Assembly: GCA_031458695.1 (NCBI GenBank)
Contig: JAVKJW010000001.1
Coordinates: forward strand, 96,001-160,000
Source of the DNA: Candidatus Thermofontivivens primus
Lineage (GTDB): Bacteria; Sysuimicrobiota; Sysuimicrobiia; Sysuimicrobiales; Thermofontiviventaceae
Length of the DNA: 64,000 nt
Reading direction: 5' to 3'
The notes under the pieces are model-generated. The model was not told the DNA's origin. It made no database searches and saw only the letters and a program-made list of their open reading frames with translations. Shown here piece by piece: positions 28,547 to 38,193 of the stretch (position 1 is the stretch's first letter; each line of letters begins with the position of its first letter). Made by a program: the position numbers and the translations under genes.

Positions 28547-29008
28547 GTGAGTTCCGTCGTCGATGCCTTCTCGCAGGGGCTTAAGGTCTTCTCAAAAACC
28601 TTGCGGATCATCACCCAGGAACGATTTGAGGTCCACAACATCACGGAACTCGTCAAGGGCTTGCCCAGGCTCGCAGGCATCACCCACGGGATCGTCACCA
28701 TCCACGCTCTCCACACCACCACGGCCATCTTCCTCAACGAATACCAACAAGCCCTCCTGGATGACATCAAGGAGACCCTGCGCTCCCTTATCACAGACAA
28801 TGGGACGTATCGGCATAACAACCCGGACTACTCCGACTGCACCAGGCAGAACGCTACCTCTCACCTGCGAGCCATGCTCCTCGGCCACAATGTCTCCATC
28901 CCCGTGGAGGACGGGAAGCTCGTCCTCGGCCGTTGGCAGAGTATCCTCTTCGCCGAGCTAGATGGGCCGCAGGAAAGGCAGATCCATGCCCAGGTGATTG
29001 GGGTGTAG
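28547..29008 (+). CDS. yjbQ: YjbQ/UPF0047 family protein
   Basis: HTTTAIFLNE, NATSHLRA.LLG, GKLVLGRWQSILFAELDGP. Confidence 0.92.
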   Translation: MSSVVDAFSQGLKVFSKTLRIITQERFEVHNITELVKGLPRLAGITHGIVTIHALHTTTAIFLNEYQQALLDDIKETLRSLITDNGTYRHNNPDYSDCTRQNATSHLRAMLLGHNVSIPVEDGKLVLGRWQSILFAELDGPQERQIHAQVIGV

Positions 29009-29023
29009 CAGGGGTCAGGGTTC

Positions 29024-30202
29024 CTACTGGCTCCCGAACTCCACGGGAAGTCGCTGGTTCATCCAGGCGATGATCCCACCTGCGAGGTTAAAGACCTTCT
29101 CGTATCCGCGCTGCCGGAGGAGCTGAGTAACCTCGGCACTGCGCTGCCCTGACGCGCACTGGACGATGATCGTCCGGGACGGATCGAGCTCGTGGAGCCT
29201 GCGGAGGACTTCCCCCTTGGGGATGAGCCTTGCGCCGGGAATGCGCAGCTGCGTCCACTCCCACATCTCCCGCACATCGACGAGCTGGGCCTCCCCGCGC
29301 TGGAGGAGTTCCCAGGCCTCCTCCGCGTTTACCTCGGGGACAGTCGGGGTCTCAACCTCTGCAGCAACAGCATGACGGCCTGGAAGACCGCAGAACTCCT
29401 CGTAGTCAATGAGCTCCCGAATCGTGGGGTGATCGCCACACACCGGGCATGCAGGGTTCCTCTGCCAGCGGACGATCCGCATGTCCATCTCCAGGGCATC
29501 AAAGATGAACAAGCGGTTTGCCAAGGTCTCCCCCCTGCCCAGGAGGATCTTAATCGCCTCAATCGCCTGCAAAGTCCCCATGAACCCAGCCAGCGCCCCT
29601 ATGATCCCTCCCTCCGCGCAACTTGGCACTGTCCCAGGAGGAGGGGGGGAGGGGAACAGGCAACGATAACACCCCCGCCCCGGAAGGAAAACCGTGGCCT
29701 GACCCTCCCAACGGAGGATGCTCGCATCCACGAGGGGTTTCCCGAGCAGGACGCAGGCGTCGTTGACCAGGTAGCGCGTGGGGAAGTTGTCGCTCCCATT
29801 GACGACGACGTCGTAGTCCTTAAGGATGTCCAAAGCGTTCTCGCTGGTCAGGGTGGTCTGGTAGGGGATCACCTTGACGTCTGGGTTGATGTCCTCCAGG
29901 TGACGGCGAGCCGACTGGGTCTTGGGCCGCCCAATGTCATGCGTGAAATGCAGGATCTGTCGATGGAGGTTGGTGAGATCCACCCGGTCGCCGTCCACAA
30001 TCCCGATGGTGCCTACACCCGCAGCGGCGAGGTAGATGGAGGCCGGCGATCCGAGGCCGCCCGCGCCAACCACTAAGACCTTAGAATCGAGGAGCCGGCG
30101 CTGGCCTAGGACCCCTACCTCCTGGAGGATGATTTGGCGGGAATAGCGCTCCAGCTGCTCGTTCGTGAGAAGCGGTGGACCCTGCATCAATGACCTGGCC
30201 AT
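29024..30202 (-). CDS. moeB: MoeB/ThiF-type adenylyltransferase with C-terminal rhodanese (MoeZ/MoeBR-like)
   Basis: RYSRQI, GAGGLGS, NLHRQILH, GSDNFPTRY, CYRC, PSCAEGG, CPVC; rhodanese DVRE...CASGQRS. Confidence 0.92.
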   Translation of the reverse strand: MARSLMQGPPLLTNEQLERYSRQIILQEVGVLGQRRLLDSKVLVVGAGGLGSPASIYLAAAGVGTIGIVDGDRVDLTNLHRQILHFTHDIGRPKTQSARRHLEDINPDVKVIPYQTTLTSENALDILKDYDVVVNGSDNFPTRYLVNDACVLLGKPLVDASILRWEGQATVFLPGRGCYRCLFPSPPPPGTVPSCAEGGIIGALAGFMGTLQAIEAIKILLGRGETLANRLFIFDALEMDMRIVRWQRNPACPVCGDHPTIRELIDYEEFCGLPGRHAVAAEVETPTVPEVNAEEAWELLQRGEAQLVDVREMWEWTQLRIPGARLIPKGEVLRRLHELDPSRTIIVQCASGQRSAEVTQLLRQRGYEKVFNLAGGIIAWMNQRLPVEFGSQ

Positions 30203-30254
30203 GTCGATAACCCCTTCTCTAAGATTCTTGACTAAAAGCCTCCACTTTCATTCC

Positions 30255-30283
30255 TAACATAAGCGGTTGGGTTAGGCCTGTCA
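30255..30283 (-). promoter_or_regulatory. Sigma70-type promoter of moeB
   Basis: Minus strand TTGACA-N17-TATGTT. Confidence 0.55.
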
Positions 30284-30434
30284 AGGGAGGAACTGGAGAC
30301 AGAGGGAAGGTCGGGCCTCAGCTGTGGACAAGGACGAATGTCGGTGAACGAAGGTCTCAGGGCGACTCGCAGTGGACGGATCTTTCAGGGGAATGGTATA
30401 ATTACCCCCGTACGCTTGTGAAATGGGGGGTTCT

Positions 30435-31460
30435 ATGAACGAGATCTATGATATCACCATCATCGGCGCCGGTCCCACTGGGCTCTTTGCCGGCTACTAC
30501 GCGGGGTTCCGCGGCCTCAAGACCAAGCTCATCGACAGCCAGCCTGACCTAGGGGGACAGATCACCGCGTTGTACCCAGATAAGTACATCTACGACGTCG
30601 CAGGGTTCCCCAAGATCCTGGGCCGTGAGCTCGTGCGAAACCTTGTGGAGCAATGCATGCAGTATAACCCTACCGTTGTGCTGGGAGAGCAGGTCCAGCG
30701 CCTGGAGAAAGTGGAAGAGAGGCTCTTCCGATTGACCACAGACCGCACTACCCACCTCTCCCGCGCAGTGCTCATCACCGCGGGAATCGGGGCGTTCACC
30801 CCCAAGACCTTCAAGAGGCCGGAGATCGACCAATATCAAGGACGGGGCCTTTTCTTCGCCGTCCATAACCGGGAGGAGTTCAAGGGGAAGCGACTGCTCA
30901 TCATCGGCGGGGGAGACTCCGCTCTCGATTGGGCCCTCAACCTCGTAGAGGTCGCCAGGGAGATCACCTTGATCCACAGGCGAGACGGATTCCGCGCCCA
31001 CGAGGACAGTGTGCGAAGGCTTTTTAGCTCCCCCATCACCGTCAAGCTCTTCTACGAGCTGAAAGCCATTCGGGGGGAGGACCGGGCGGAGGAAGCGGTG
31101 ATCTTCCACAACAAAACCGGCCAGGAGGAAGTCCTCCAGGTGGACGCGATCCTGGCGTTCTTGGGTCTCCAGAGCAATCTCGGTCCTATCAAGGAATGGG
31201 GGCTCCACCTCGAAGAGGAGAGCATCCTCGTGAACACCAAGATGGAGACCAATATCCCCGGGGTCTATGCTGCCGGAGACATCGTCACCTATCCAGGAAA
31301 AGTGAAGCTCATTGTCACCGGGTTTGGAGAGGCGGCGACTGCAGTGAACAACCTGACCAGGTATCTCAACCCTGAAGCCAGCGTCTTCCCCGGCCACAGC
31401 AGCTCCATTGTAGAAAAGCAACACAAAGAGAGCCAGCCGGCCAGAGCGGACGGGTCGTAA
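30435..31460 (+). CDS. Thioredoxin-reductase-type ferredoxin-NADP+ reductase (YumC-like)
   Basis: IIGAGPTGL, GGQITALYPDKYIYDVAGFP, GGGDSALDWA, HRR..FRAH, GFGEA; no CxxC. Confidence 0.9.
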   Translation: MNEIYDITIIGAGPTGLFAGYYAGFRGLKTKLIDSQPDLGGQITALYPDKYIYDVAGFPKILGRELVRNLVEQCMQYNPTVVLGEQVQRLEKVEERLFRLTTDRTTHLSRAVLITAGIGAFTPKTFKRPEIDQYQGRGLFFAVHNREEFKGKRLLIIGGGDSALDWALNLVEVAREITLIHRRDGFRAHEDSVRRLFSSPITVKLFYELKAIRGEDRAEEAVIFHNKTGQEEVLQVDAILAFLGLQSNLGPIKEWGLHLEEESILVNTKMETNIPGVYAAGDIVTYPGKVKLIVTGFGEAATAVNNLTRYLNPEASVFPGHSSSIVEKQHKESQPARADGS

Positions 31461-31505
31461 AATCGCCTGGGAAGATTCCTCGTAGACCTTGGCGCGCTCC
31501 TCCCC

Positions 31506-32414
31506 TTAGGAATCCGCAGAGTTTCCTAGAGAGCGATCGAGCAAGCGGGCATGGTCGTCCGCGTGATAAGAGGACCTCACCAGCGGCCCAGCCTCCACAT
31601 GACGGAACCCCATACGGAGCCCGATGATCTTGAGTGCGGCAAACTCCTCAGGTGTATAGAACCGGGAAACGGGCACATAGTCCTTCCCAGGCTGGAGGTA
31701 TTGGCCAATGGTAAGGATGTCGCAATCCACAGCCCGGAGGTCTCTCATCGTCTCGAGGATCTCCTCCCACTCCTCTCCAAGCCCCACCATGATCCCGCTC
31801 TTGGTCAAACATGGGTACCCCCACGCTTTGACACGTTGGAGAAGCTCTAGCGAGCGCTCGTAGTTTCCTCCGTGCCGGACTTGTTTGAACACCCGCCGCA
31901 CGGTCTCGATGTTATGGTTAAGGATCTCCGGTCTAGCCTCGAGGACGATGCGCAGGGCCTCGGGGTCCCCTTTGAAGTCAGGGATGAGAACTTCCACGGT
32001 ACAGCCGGGAACGTAGGCGCGGATCCTCCGGATGGTCTCGGCAAAGATCATCGCTCCCCCATCCTTGAGATCATCGCGGTTCACCGAGGTGATCACAGCA
32101 TGACGCAGGCCCATGCGCTGGACCGCCCGTGCCACCCGCTCCGGCTCCATCCAGTCCACCTCCGTGGGGAGCCCGTGAGCGATCGCGCAGTACGCGCAGT
32201 TGCGCGTGCAGATGTTGCCCAGGATGAGAAACGTGGCTGTGCGCCGACCCCAGCACTCCCCAATGTTCGGACAGCGGGCCTCCTCGCAGACCGTGTGCAG
32301 CGTCTGGGTACGCATGATCTGGAGGAGGTCATGGAAGTTCGGACCCGATGGGAACTGTACGCGCAGCCACTCCGGCCGCCGCTGCACTTCGACCTTCTGG
32401 TCTACCTGGTTCAT
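31506..32414 (-). CDS. lipA: Lipoyl synthase
   Basis: [27 protein letters not shown]. Confidence 0.97.
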   Translation of the reverse strand: MNQVDQKVEVQRRPEWLRVQFPSGPNFHDLLQIMRTQTLHTVCEEARCPNIGECWGRRTATFLILGNICTRNCAYCAIAHGLPTEVDWMEPERVARAVQRMGLRHAVITSVNRDDLKDGGAMIFAETIRRIRAYVPGCTVEVLIPDFKGDPEALRIVLEARPEILNHNIETVRRVFKQVRHGGNYERSLELLQRVKAWGYPCLTKSGIMVGLGEEWEEILETMRDLRAVDCDILTIGQYLQPGKDYVPVSRFYTPEEFAALKIIGLRMGFRHVEAGPLVRSSYHADDHARLLDRSLGNSADS

Positions 32415-32565
32415 CTGGCCTATTCTCCCTCTTTTCGGTTGCCTGAGTGATTTGGCGGACCATGTGAGCAATCTCGCAAGGTAGGAGGCCGGAAAGGTCC
32501 CTTTTCAAAGGCTACCTGCTTCCCTGCCCACCCTCATCTGGTTCATCGCGTTCCCCAAGAAGACA

Positions 32566-33807
32566 TCAAAAGTCGCTCACCACTGCTGCATCGGACTTGA
32601 ACCCCTCCAACTTGGCCTTGATGTGGTTCAGGAACTGGACCGCCACCGCCCCATCAAAGATGCGGTGGTCGAAGCTGAGTCCCAGGTGCATCATCTCCCG
32701 GATGGCAATAGCATCCCACCGCACAACAGGCCTCTTGACAATAGCGTCCACGGCTAGGATCGCAGCCTGCCCAGGGACGATAATGGGCATGGACAGAAGG
32801 GAGCCGAACACCCCTGGGTTGGTGATGGTGAAGGTCCCACCTTGTACCTCCTCGAGGGTAAGCTTTCCCTCCCTGGCCTTCCGTGTCAGCTCGGCGAGCT
32901 CGCGGGCAATTCCCAAAAGGCTCTTCTCCTCCGCATTCTTGATCACCGGCACGATCAACCCTTCTTCGATGGCCACGCCGACACCGATGTTGATGGTTCT
33001 GCGCAGGAGAATCCCTTCCTCCGTCCACGTGGAGTTCACGATGGGGAATGCCCGGAGAGCTTCCACCGTGGCTCGCACGATGAACGCCGTATAGGTGATG
33101 TTCACTCCCTCGCGCGCGAGCCACTCCTCCTTGTGCGCTTCCCGCCAGCGTACGATCTCGGTCATATCTACTTCGACGATCCCGTAGGCGTGCGGGATCT
33201 CTCGCTTGCTCTGGGTCATGCGCTCGGCGATGGTGCGCCGGATCGGGTTTAGGCGGATGAGGGTGTCTCCTGCGGTGGGCAAGCCCTCTCGGGCTTCCTC
33301 CGCCCTCGAGGGTACCGCCGTGACGGCGGAGGGCTCTGTGGGGGATGGAGCAGGGCGGCGCGATTCCACGTAGCGGAGGAGGTCCTCTTTCGTGATGCGA
33401 CCTCCTGTGCCTGTCCCAGGGATGCGTGTGAGTTCCTCCGCGGAGACCCCGTGCTCCTCTGCCAGCCTCCGCACGAGAGGGGAGAGCCGCGGCCTCGCTT
33501 CCTCCCTGGGATGTCCAGGGGGCGCCTCCCCAGCCATTTCTTCCTTGGCCCCTTCCCCGGGAGCAACCTCTTCCACCTCCATCAGGGCAATGGGGGTCCC
33601 TGCAGGGACGGTCTGGCCCTCCTGGACCAGGATCTCCACCAGCCGCCCCTTCCACGGGGAGGGCATCTCTACGTTCACCTTGTCCGTGACGACCTCCACG
33701 AGGGGCTCGTACTGCTCCACCAGATCCCCAGGTTGTTTCAGCCACCGGCCGATGGTGCCTTCATAGACGCTTTCCCCCAGCTGGGGGAGCTTCACCTCCA
33801 CGGGCAT
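32566..33807 (-). CDS. 2-oxoacid dehydrogenase E2 (dihydrolipoamide acyltransferase)
   Basis: Lipoyl domain TDKV, E3-binding domain SPLVRRLA...GTGGRITKED, catalytic DHRIFDG. Confidence 0.95.
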   Translation of the reverse strand: MPVEVKLPQLGESVYEGTIGRWLKQPGDLVEQYEPLVEVVTDKVNVEMPSPWKGRLVEILVQEGQTVPAGTPIALMEVEEVAPGEGAKEEMAGEAPPGHPREEARPRLSPLVRRLAEEHGVSAEELTRIPGTGTGGRITKEDLLRYVESRRPAPSPTEPSAVTAVPSRAEEAREGLPTAGDTLIRLNPIRRTIAERMTQSKREIPHAYGIVEVDMTEIVRWREAHKEEWLAREGVNITYTAFIVRATVEALRAFPIVNSTWTEEGILLRRTINIGVGVAIEEGLIVPVIKNAEEKSLLGIARELAELTRKAREGKLTLEEVQGGTFTITNPGVFGSLLSMPIIVPGQAAILAVDAIVKRPVVRWDAIAIREMMHLGLSFDHRIFDGAVAVQFLNHIKAKLEGFKSDAAVVSDF

Positions 33808-33817
33808 ATCCGAACCT

Positions 33818-33923
33818 CCGCGTTTACCGCGTTAATAGCGTTTGTCGCGTCATCGCGTGTGTTGCGTCCATCGCGTTTGTGATGAACGCAATACACGCAA
33901 AAACGCGATAGACCCGATGAACG
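33818..33923. repeat. Inverted array of degenerate 9-mer repeats
   Basis: About 7 units of nnGCGTnnn (ccgcgttta ccgcgttaa tagcgtttg...) followed by about 5 reverse-complement units (gatgaacgc aatacacgc...). Confidence 0.75.
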
Positions 33924-34907
33924 CTAATACTGTGCCAGCCGGCGCATGGCTTCGGCGATCCTGCGCGCATCAGGCATGAACCAGCGCTCCAGAGGCGGAG
34001 CGTACGGAACCGCTGGGACCTCCGGCCCCGTCACCCGCATGATGGGCGCGTCGAGATCAAAAAACGCCTCTTCAGCGAGGATCGCTGCCAGCTCCGCCCC
34101 ATACCCTAGGAAACCGTTGTCCTCGTAGACGATGAGAGCTCGATTCGTCTTCCGCACAGAGGCGAGGAGGGTCTCCTTGTCCAGTGGACGAAGGGTCCGG
34201 AGGTCAACCACTTCCGCATCGATCCCCTCCTTGGCCACCTCCTCGGCGGCCACAAGAGCCTCATGGAGCATGAGCCCGTAGGCGAACACCGAGAGATCCT
34301 TCCCCTCTCGCCGGATAGCGGCCTTCCCGAGCGGCACGATGTAGTCCCCCTCCGGGACTTCCCCCCGGACCATCCTATACAGCTTCTTGTGTTCGAAGAA
34401 GAGCACAGGATCGGGATCCCGGATGCTCGCCTTGAGCAACCCCTTCGCGTCGCCAGGATGATAGGGCACCACCACTTTCAGCCCAGGGATGTGGGCAAAG
34501 AATGCCTCCACGCTCTGGGAGTGGTACAGCGCCCCGTGCACCCCGCCCCCATAGGGAGCGCGGATCACGAGGGGACAGCCGAAGGCACCGTTGCTTCTGT
34601 AGCGCATCCGGGCCGCCTCGCTCAGGATCTGGTTCATCGCTGGGAAGATAAAGTCGGCGAACTGGATCTCGGCAACAGGGAGGAGACCATTTGCGGCCAT
34701 CCCGATGGCCACGCCCACGATCGAGGACTCCGCCAGAGGCGTATCGATGACGCGTTCTCCCCCGAACCGGTCGTAGAGGCCCTCCGTAGCCCCGAAGACG
34801 CCACCCTTCCTGCCCACGTCCTCTCCCAGAACCAGCACCCGTTCATCGCGCTCCATCTCCTCATGGAGCGCCTGGTTGATCGCATCGATGAGGCGCAGCT
34901 CAGCCAT
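33924..34907 (-). CDS. 2-oxoacid dehydrogenase E1 beta (branched-chain type)
   Basis: GEDVG..GGVF, DTPLAES, EIQFADF, HGALYHSQS. Confidence 0.95.
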   Translation of the reverse strand: MAELRLIDAINQALHEEMERDERVLVLGEDVGRKGGVFGATEGLYDRFGGERVIDTPLAESSIVGVAIGMAANGLLPVAEIQFADFIFPAMNQILSEAARMRYRSNGAFGCPLVIRAPYGGGVHGALYHSQSVEAFFAHIPGLKVVVPYHPGDAKGLLKASIRDPDPVLFFEHKKLYRMVRGEVPEGDYIVPLGKAAIRREGKDLSVFAYGLMLHEALVAAEEVAKEGIDAEVVDLRTLRPLDKETLLASVRKTNRALIVYEDNGFLGYGAELAAILAEEAFFDLDAPIMRVTGPEVPAVPYAPPLERWFMPDARRIAEAMRRLAQY

Positions 34908-34913
34908 TCCCCC

Positions 34914-35948
34914 TCACTCCCCGTTCTCTTCAAAGTAGACGTGACGCGTGGCCGTGAGCGGGTCAGGGTAGGGTGCCAATTCTGCGTAGGTTGTGGCGTC
35001 ATCGACCTCCTCCCGGATCCGGGTGTGGATCTCGGTGTACTTGGCCTCGTCCATGATCCCGGCGCGCTCGAGATAGTGCCGGAAGACGACGAGCGGGTCT
35101 ACGCTGCGGATCGCCTCCAGTTCCTCCACTGGGCGGTACTTCTCCTGCCTATCGTCGCTGCTGTGCGCGGTGAGGCGAATGACCTTGCACTCGACGAGCG
35201 ATGGCCCCTCCCCGCGCCTTGCCCGTTCCACCGCCTCCTTGGCCACGGCGTACACAGCGAGGACATCGCTCCCGTCCACAGTGTAGCCGGGGATCCCGTA
35301 TCCCTGCGCGCGGACAGCGATGTCCCGCACGGCCATCTGGAGTTCCTGAGGGACCGAGATGGCGTACCCATTATTCTCCACGACGAACACCACGGGGCAC
35401 CTATGGATAGAGGCGAAGTTCAGCGCTTCGTGCCAGTCGCCCTGGCTTGTCCCTCCATCTCCAATAGAGACCACGCAGATCTCCCCTGTCTTCCGCACCT
35501 TGGCAGCATAGGCGATCCCGACGGCGTGGGGATATTGGGTCCCCACGGGGCTGCTGGTGCTGAGGATTTTGTAGCGCGGGTGCCCGTAGTGTCCAGGCAT
35601 CTGGCGCCCTCCGCTGCTTGGATCCTCCGCTTTGGCGAAGAGGCTCAGCATGAGCTCCCTGGGCGTCATCCCCTTCATGAGCACCGCGCACACCGACCGG
35701 TAGTAGGGGACGAACCAGTCAAGATCCCGGTCGATGGCATACATCACGCCCGCCTGGGCGCCTTCATGCCCCTGTCCAGAGATCACGAAAGGTACCTTCC
35801 CCGCGCGCTGGAGAACCCACATACGCTCATCCAGGGCCCTGGCGAGGGCCATGTAGTAGTACATCTCCAGGAGATGCTCCCCGGCAAGGCCAAGCGCCTG
35901 GTGGCGAGACTCGATCTCGCGCACTCCCCTGGCTTCCTTGCTTTCCAT
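34914..35948 (-). CDS. 2-oxoacid dehydrogenase E1 alpha (branched-chain type)
   Basis: SGQGHEGAQ, GRQMPGHY, TPP motif GDG...NN, HSSDD..Y. Confidence 0.95.
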   Translation of the reverse strand: MESKEARGVREIESRHQALGLAGEHLLEMYYYMALARALDERMWVLQRAGKVPFVISGQGHEGAQAGVMYAIDRDLDWFVPYYRSVCAVLMKGMTPRELMLSLFAKAEDPSSGGRQMPGHYGHPRYKILSTSSPVGTQYPHAVGIAYAAKVRKTGEICVVSIGDGGTSQGDWHEALNFASIHRCPVVFVVENNGYAISVPQELQMAVRDIAVRAQGYGIPGYTVDGSDVLAVYAVAKEAVERARRGEGPSLVECKVIRLTAHSSDDRQEKYRPVEELEAIRSVDPLVVFRHYLERAGIMDEAKYTEIHTRIREEVDDATTYAELAPYPDPLTATRHVYFEENGE

Positions 35949-36125
35949 CCCTCCACCCCCCATTAGCGTCCGTGGCGTTGTTTCTTCCGTGGGCGACTGG
36001 AACACACCACATGTCCGGCGGGAATGATCGAGGGGAACCCAAGATGGTGGGAGCCCTGCAGATCGCCTGGATCAGATGAGCAATGGGAAATCTACACCCG
36101 CCGTGGTTCCACCCCACCTACCTAA

Positions 36126-36218
36126 CCCAACAAAATCTCTTGTCGAGATTTTGCTGAGAACCCCCTTATTTCAAGAGGCCCCCCCGCAAAAGTCAAAAGA
36201 CTTTTGCTGGGGTACTTA
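36126..36218. repeat. REP-like double-hairpin element, copy 2
   Basis: CCCAACAAAATCTC-TTGTC-GAGATTTTGCTGAG, a spacer, then CCCCCGCAAAAGTC-AAAA-GACTTTTGCTGGGG-TACTTA. Confidence 0.85.
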
Positions 36219-36264
36219 AAACCTTCTACCCTTTCCCTCTAGATCCCTGTTTTCCCTTTCCTCC

Positions 36265-37662
36265 CTACTGCCCGTGGATCGCCCGGTCCAGGGCATCGAG
36301 GGCTGCTTCCTTCAATGCTTCAGAGAGGGTGGGATGCGCATGGATGCTCCCTGCTACCTCAAAAACTGTGGCTTCCGACGAACGGGCCAGTACCCCCTCC
36401 GCCAATAGCTCGGTCACGGAAGGCCCGATCATGTGCACACCAAGGATCTCTCCAGTCTTCGAGTCGGTCACAACCTTGACGAATCCCTCGCGCTCTCCTA
36501 GGGTGAGCGCTCTACTGTTGGCCTGGAAGGAGAACCTTCCTACTTTTACGGGATATCCGGCCTCGCGCGCTTGCTTCTCTGTCATCCCAAGCGATGCAAC
36601 CTCCGGCATGGAGTAGGTACACCGGGGGACAGCGTGGTAGTCAATGGGCCGGGGGTTCATCCCGGCAATGACCTCCACAGCGAGGATCGCCTCCTCCGCC
36701 GCAACATGGGCGAGGAGGTAGCCTCCAATCACGTCCCCGATGGCGAAGATCCCCTCCACACTCGTACGCATGTACTCGTCCACGACCACAAACCCCTTCC
36801 TTGTCACCACCCCTACCTCCTCAAGGCCCAGATCCTCTGTGAGGGCTTCCCTGCCCACGGCCACAAGGAGGTATTCCGTCTCGATGAGGCGATCCCCCTC
36901 AGGAGTGGAGACGCGAACCTGGAGCCCTCCTTCCACTGGCTCAACCCCCTGGACTGTAGAGGAGGTGTAGATCTTTACTCCTTTCCTTACCAGAGCCTTC
37001 GCCATTGCCTCCCCAATCTCCTCATCCTCCATGGGGAGGACAGAGGGCATGAGCTCAACCAAGGTCACCTCTGCCCCGAAGGAGCGGAAGAGCGTGCAGA
37101 ACTCCACCCCAATGGCGCCAGCGCCCACGATCACCATGGATCGGGGGACTTCCGGGAGGTCCAAAGCCCCTGTGCTATCAAGGATACGAGCGTTGTCGAC
37201 GGGGATTCCTGGCAAGGAACGGGGCTTAGATCCCGTGGCGATAAGGACGTGCCGGGTTTCCACTTCCGTCTCCGAGCCGTCGTTGAGGGAGATCCCTACC
37301 TTTGTCGGGGAAAGAAGCCGCCCATGGCCTGAAAACACGTCCACCCGGTTCTTCCGCATGAGGTACCCGACGCCCCGGTGGAGAGTTTCCACTACCTGTC
37401 GCTTGCGTGCCTGCGCGCGGGCATAATCCAGGACGACCTCCCCGACGCGAAGGCCGAACTGGTCTGCCCGGCGTATCTTCTCCAAAAGCTCCGCAGTCTG
37501 CAGGAGGACCTTTGTGGGAATACACCCCGCGTGTAAGCAGACGCCCCCAAGCTTGTCCCTCTCCACGAGTGCGACCCGTAGCCCGAGCTGGGCGGCACGA
37601 ATGGCCCCTACGTATCCACCCGGTCCTCCGCCGATGATGGTGAGGTCATACGGCTCCGTCAT
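36265..37662 (-). CDS. lpdA: Dihydrolipoyl dehydrogenase
   Basis: GGGPGGY, GGVCLHAGCIPTK, GAGAIGVE, HAHPTLSE. Confidence 0.97.
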   Translation of the reverse strand: MTEPYDLTIIGGGPGGYVGAIRAAQLGLRVALVERDKLGGVCLHAGCIPTKVLLQTAELLEKIRRADQFGLRVGEVVLDYARAQARKRQVVETLHRGVGYLMRKNRVDVFSGHGRLLSPTKVGISLNDGSETEVETRHVLIATGSKPRSLPGIPVDNARILDSTGALDLPEVPRSMVIVGAGAIGVEFCTLFRSFGAEVTLVELMPSVLPMEDEEIGEAMAKALVRKGVKIYTSSTVQGVEPVEGGLQVRVSTPEGDRLIETEYLLVAVGREALTEDLGLEEVGVVTRKGFVVVDEYMRTSVEGIFAIGDVIGGYLLAHVAAEEAILAVEVIAGMNPRPIDYHAVPRCTYSMPEVASLGMTEKQAREAGYPVKVGRFSFQANSRALTLGEREGFVKVVTDSKTGEILGVHMIGPSVTELLAEGVLARSSEATVFEVAGSIHAHPTLSEALKEAALDALDRAIHGQ

Positions 37663-38182
37663 CACCCATCACACCCAAAGGCAAAGAAGCGCTCATCGGC
37701 CTAGCCGCCTTCTCTTCCCTCTCCACCGTGTACAGCATTCCGCCCTCTACCCGGTCAATGAACAGCACACCATTGAGGTGATCTACCTCGTGCAGGATCA
37801 CCCGGGCAAGAAGGTCCTCGGCGATGAGGGTCTTCTTCCGGCCATTCTGCGTTTGTCCAGTCACCACGATGCGACGCGCCCGCTTCACAATCCCTGCGAC
37901 TCCTGGGATGGAAAGACATCCTTCCGGGCCGACTTGCTCCCCGGAGCGACGGACGATCCTGGGGTTCACCAGGACAAGGGGGCCTTTTCCGATGTCTGCC
38001 ACGATCACCCGCAGGGGGACACCTACTTGAGGTGCGGCGAGCCCGACGCCGTTGCTGGCGTACATCGTTTCCAGCATCTCCCGGATCAAGGCGCGGATCT
38101 CCCGCGTGACCCTCGGGGCCGGGCGGCTCCTGCGCCGCAGGATCGACGCGTCGGGATCATGAATGGTGATGATGCGCCTCAT
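37646..38182 (-). CDS. def: Peptide deformylase
   Basis: GVGLAAPQVG, EGCLSIPG, HEVDHLNG. Confidence 0.95.
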   Translation of the reverse strand: MRRIITIHDPDASILRRRSRPAPRVTREIRALIREMLETMYASNGVGLAAPQVGVPLRVIVADIGKGPLVLVNPRIVRRSGEQVGPEGCLSIPGVAGIVKRARRIVVTGQTQNGRKKTLIAEDLLARVILHEVDHLNGVLFIDRVEGGMLYTVEREEKAARPMSASLPLGVMGDDGAV

Positions 38183-38193
38183 GCGAGGTGTGG

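Noticed and set aside
33818..33923. CRISPR array
   Set aside because: Units are 9 bp with no spacers, and there are no cas genes.
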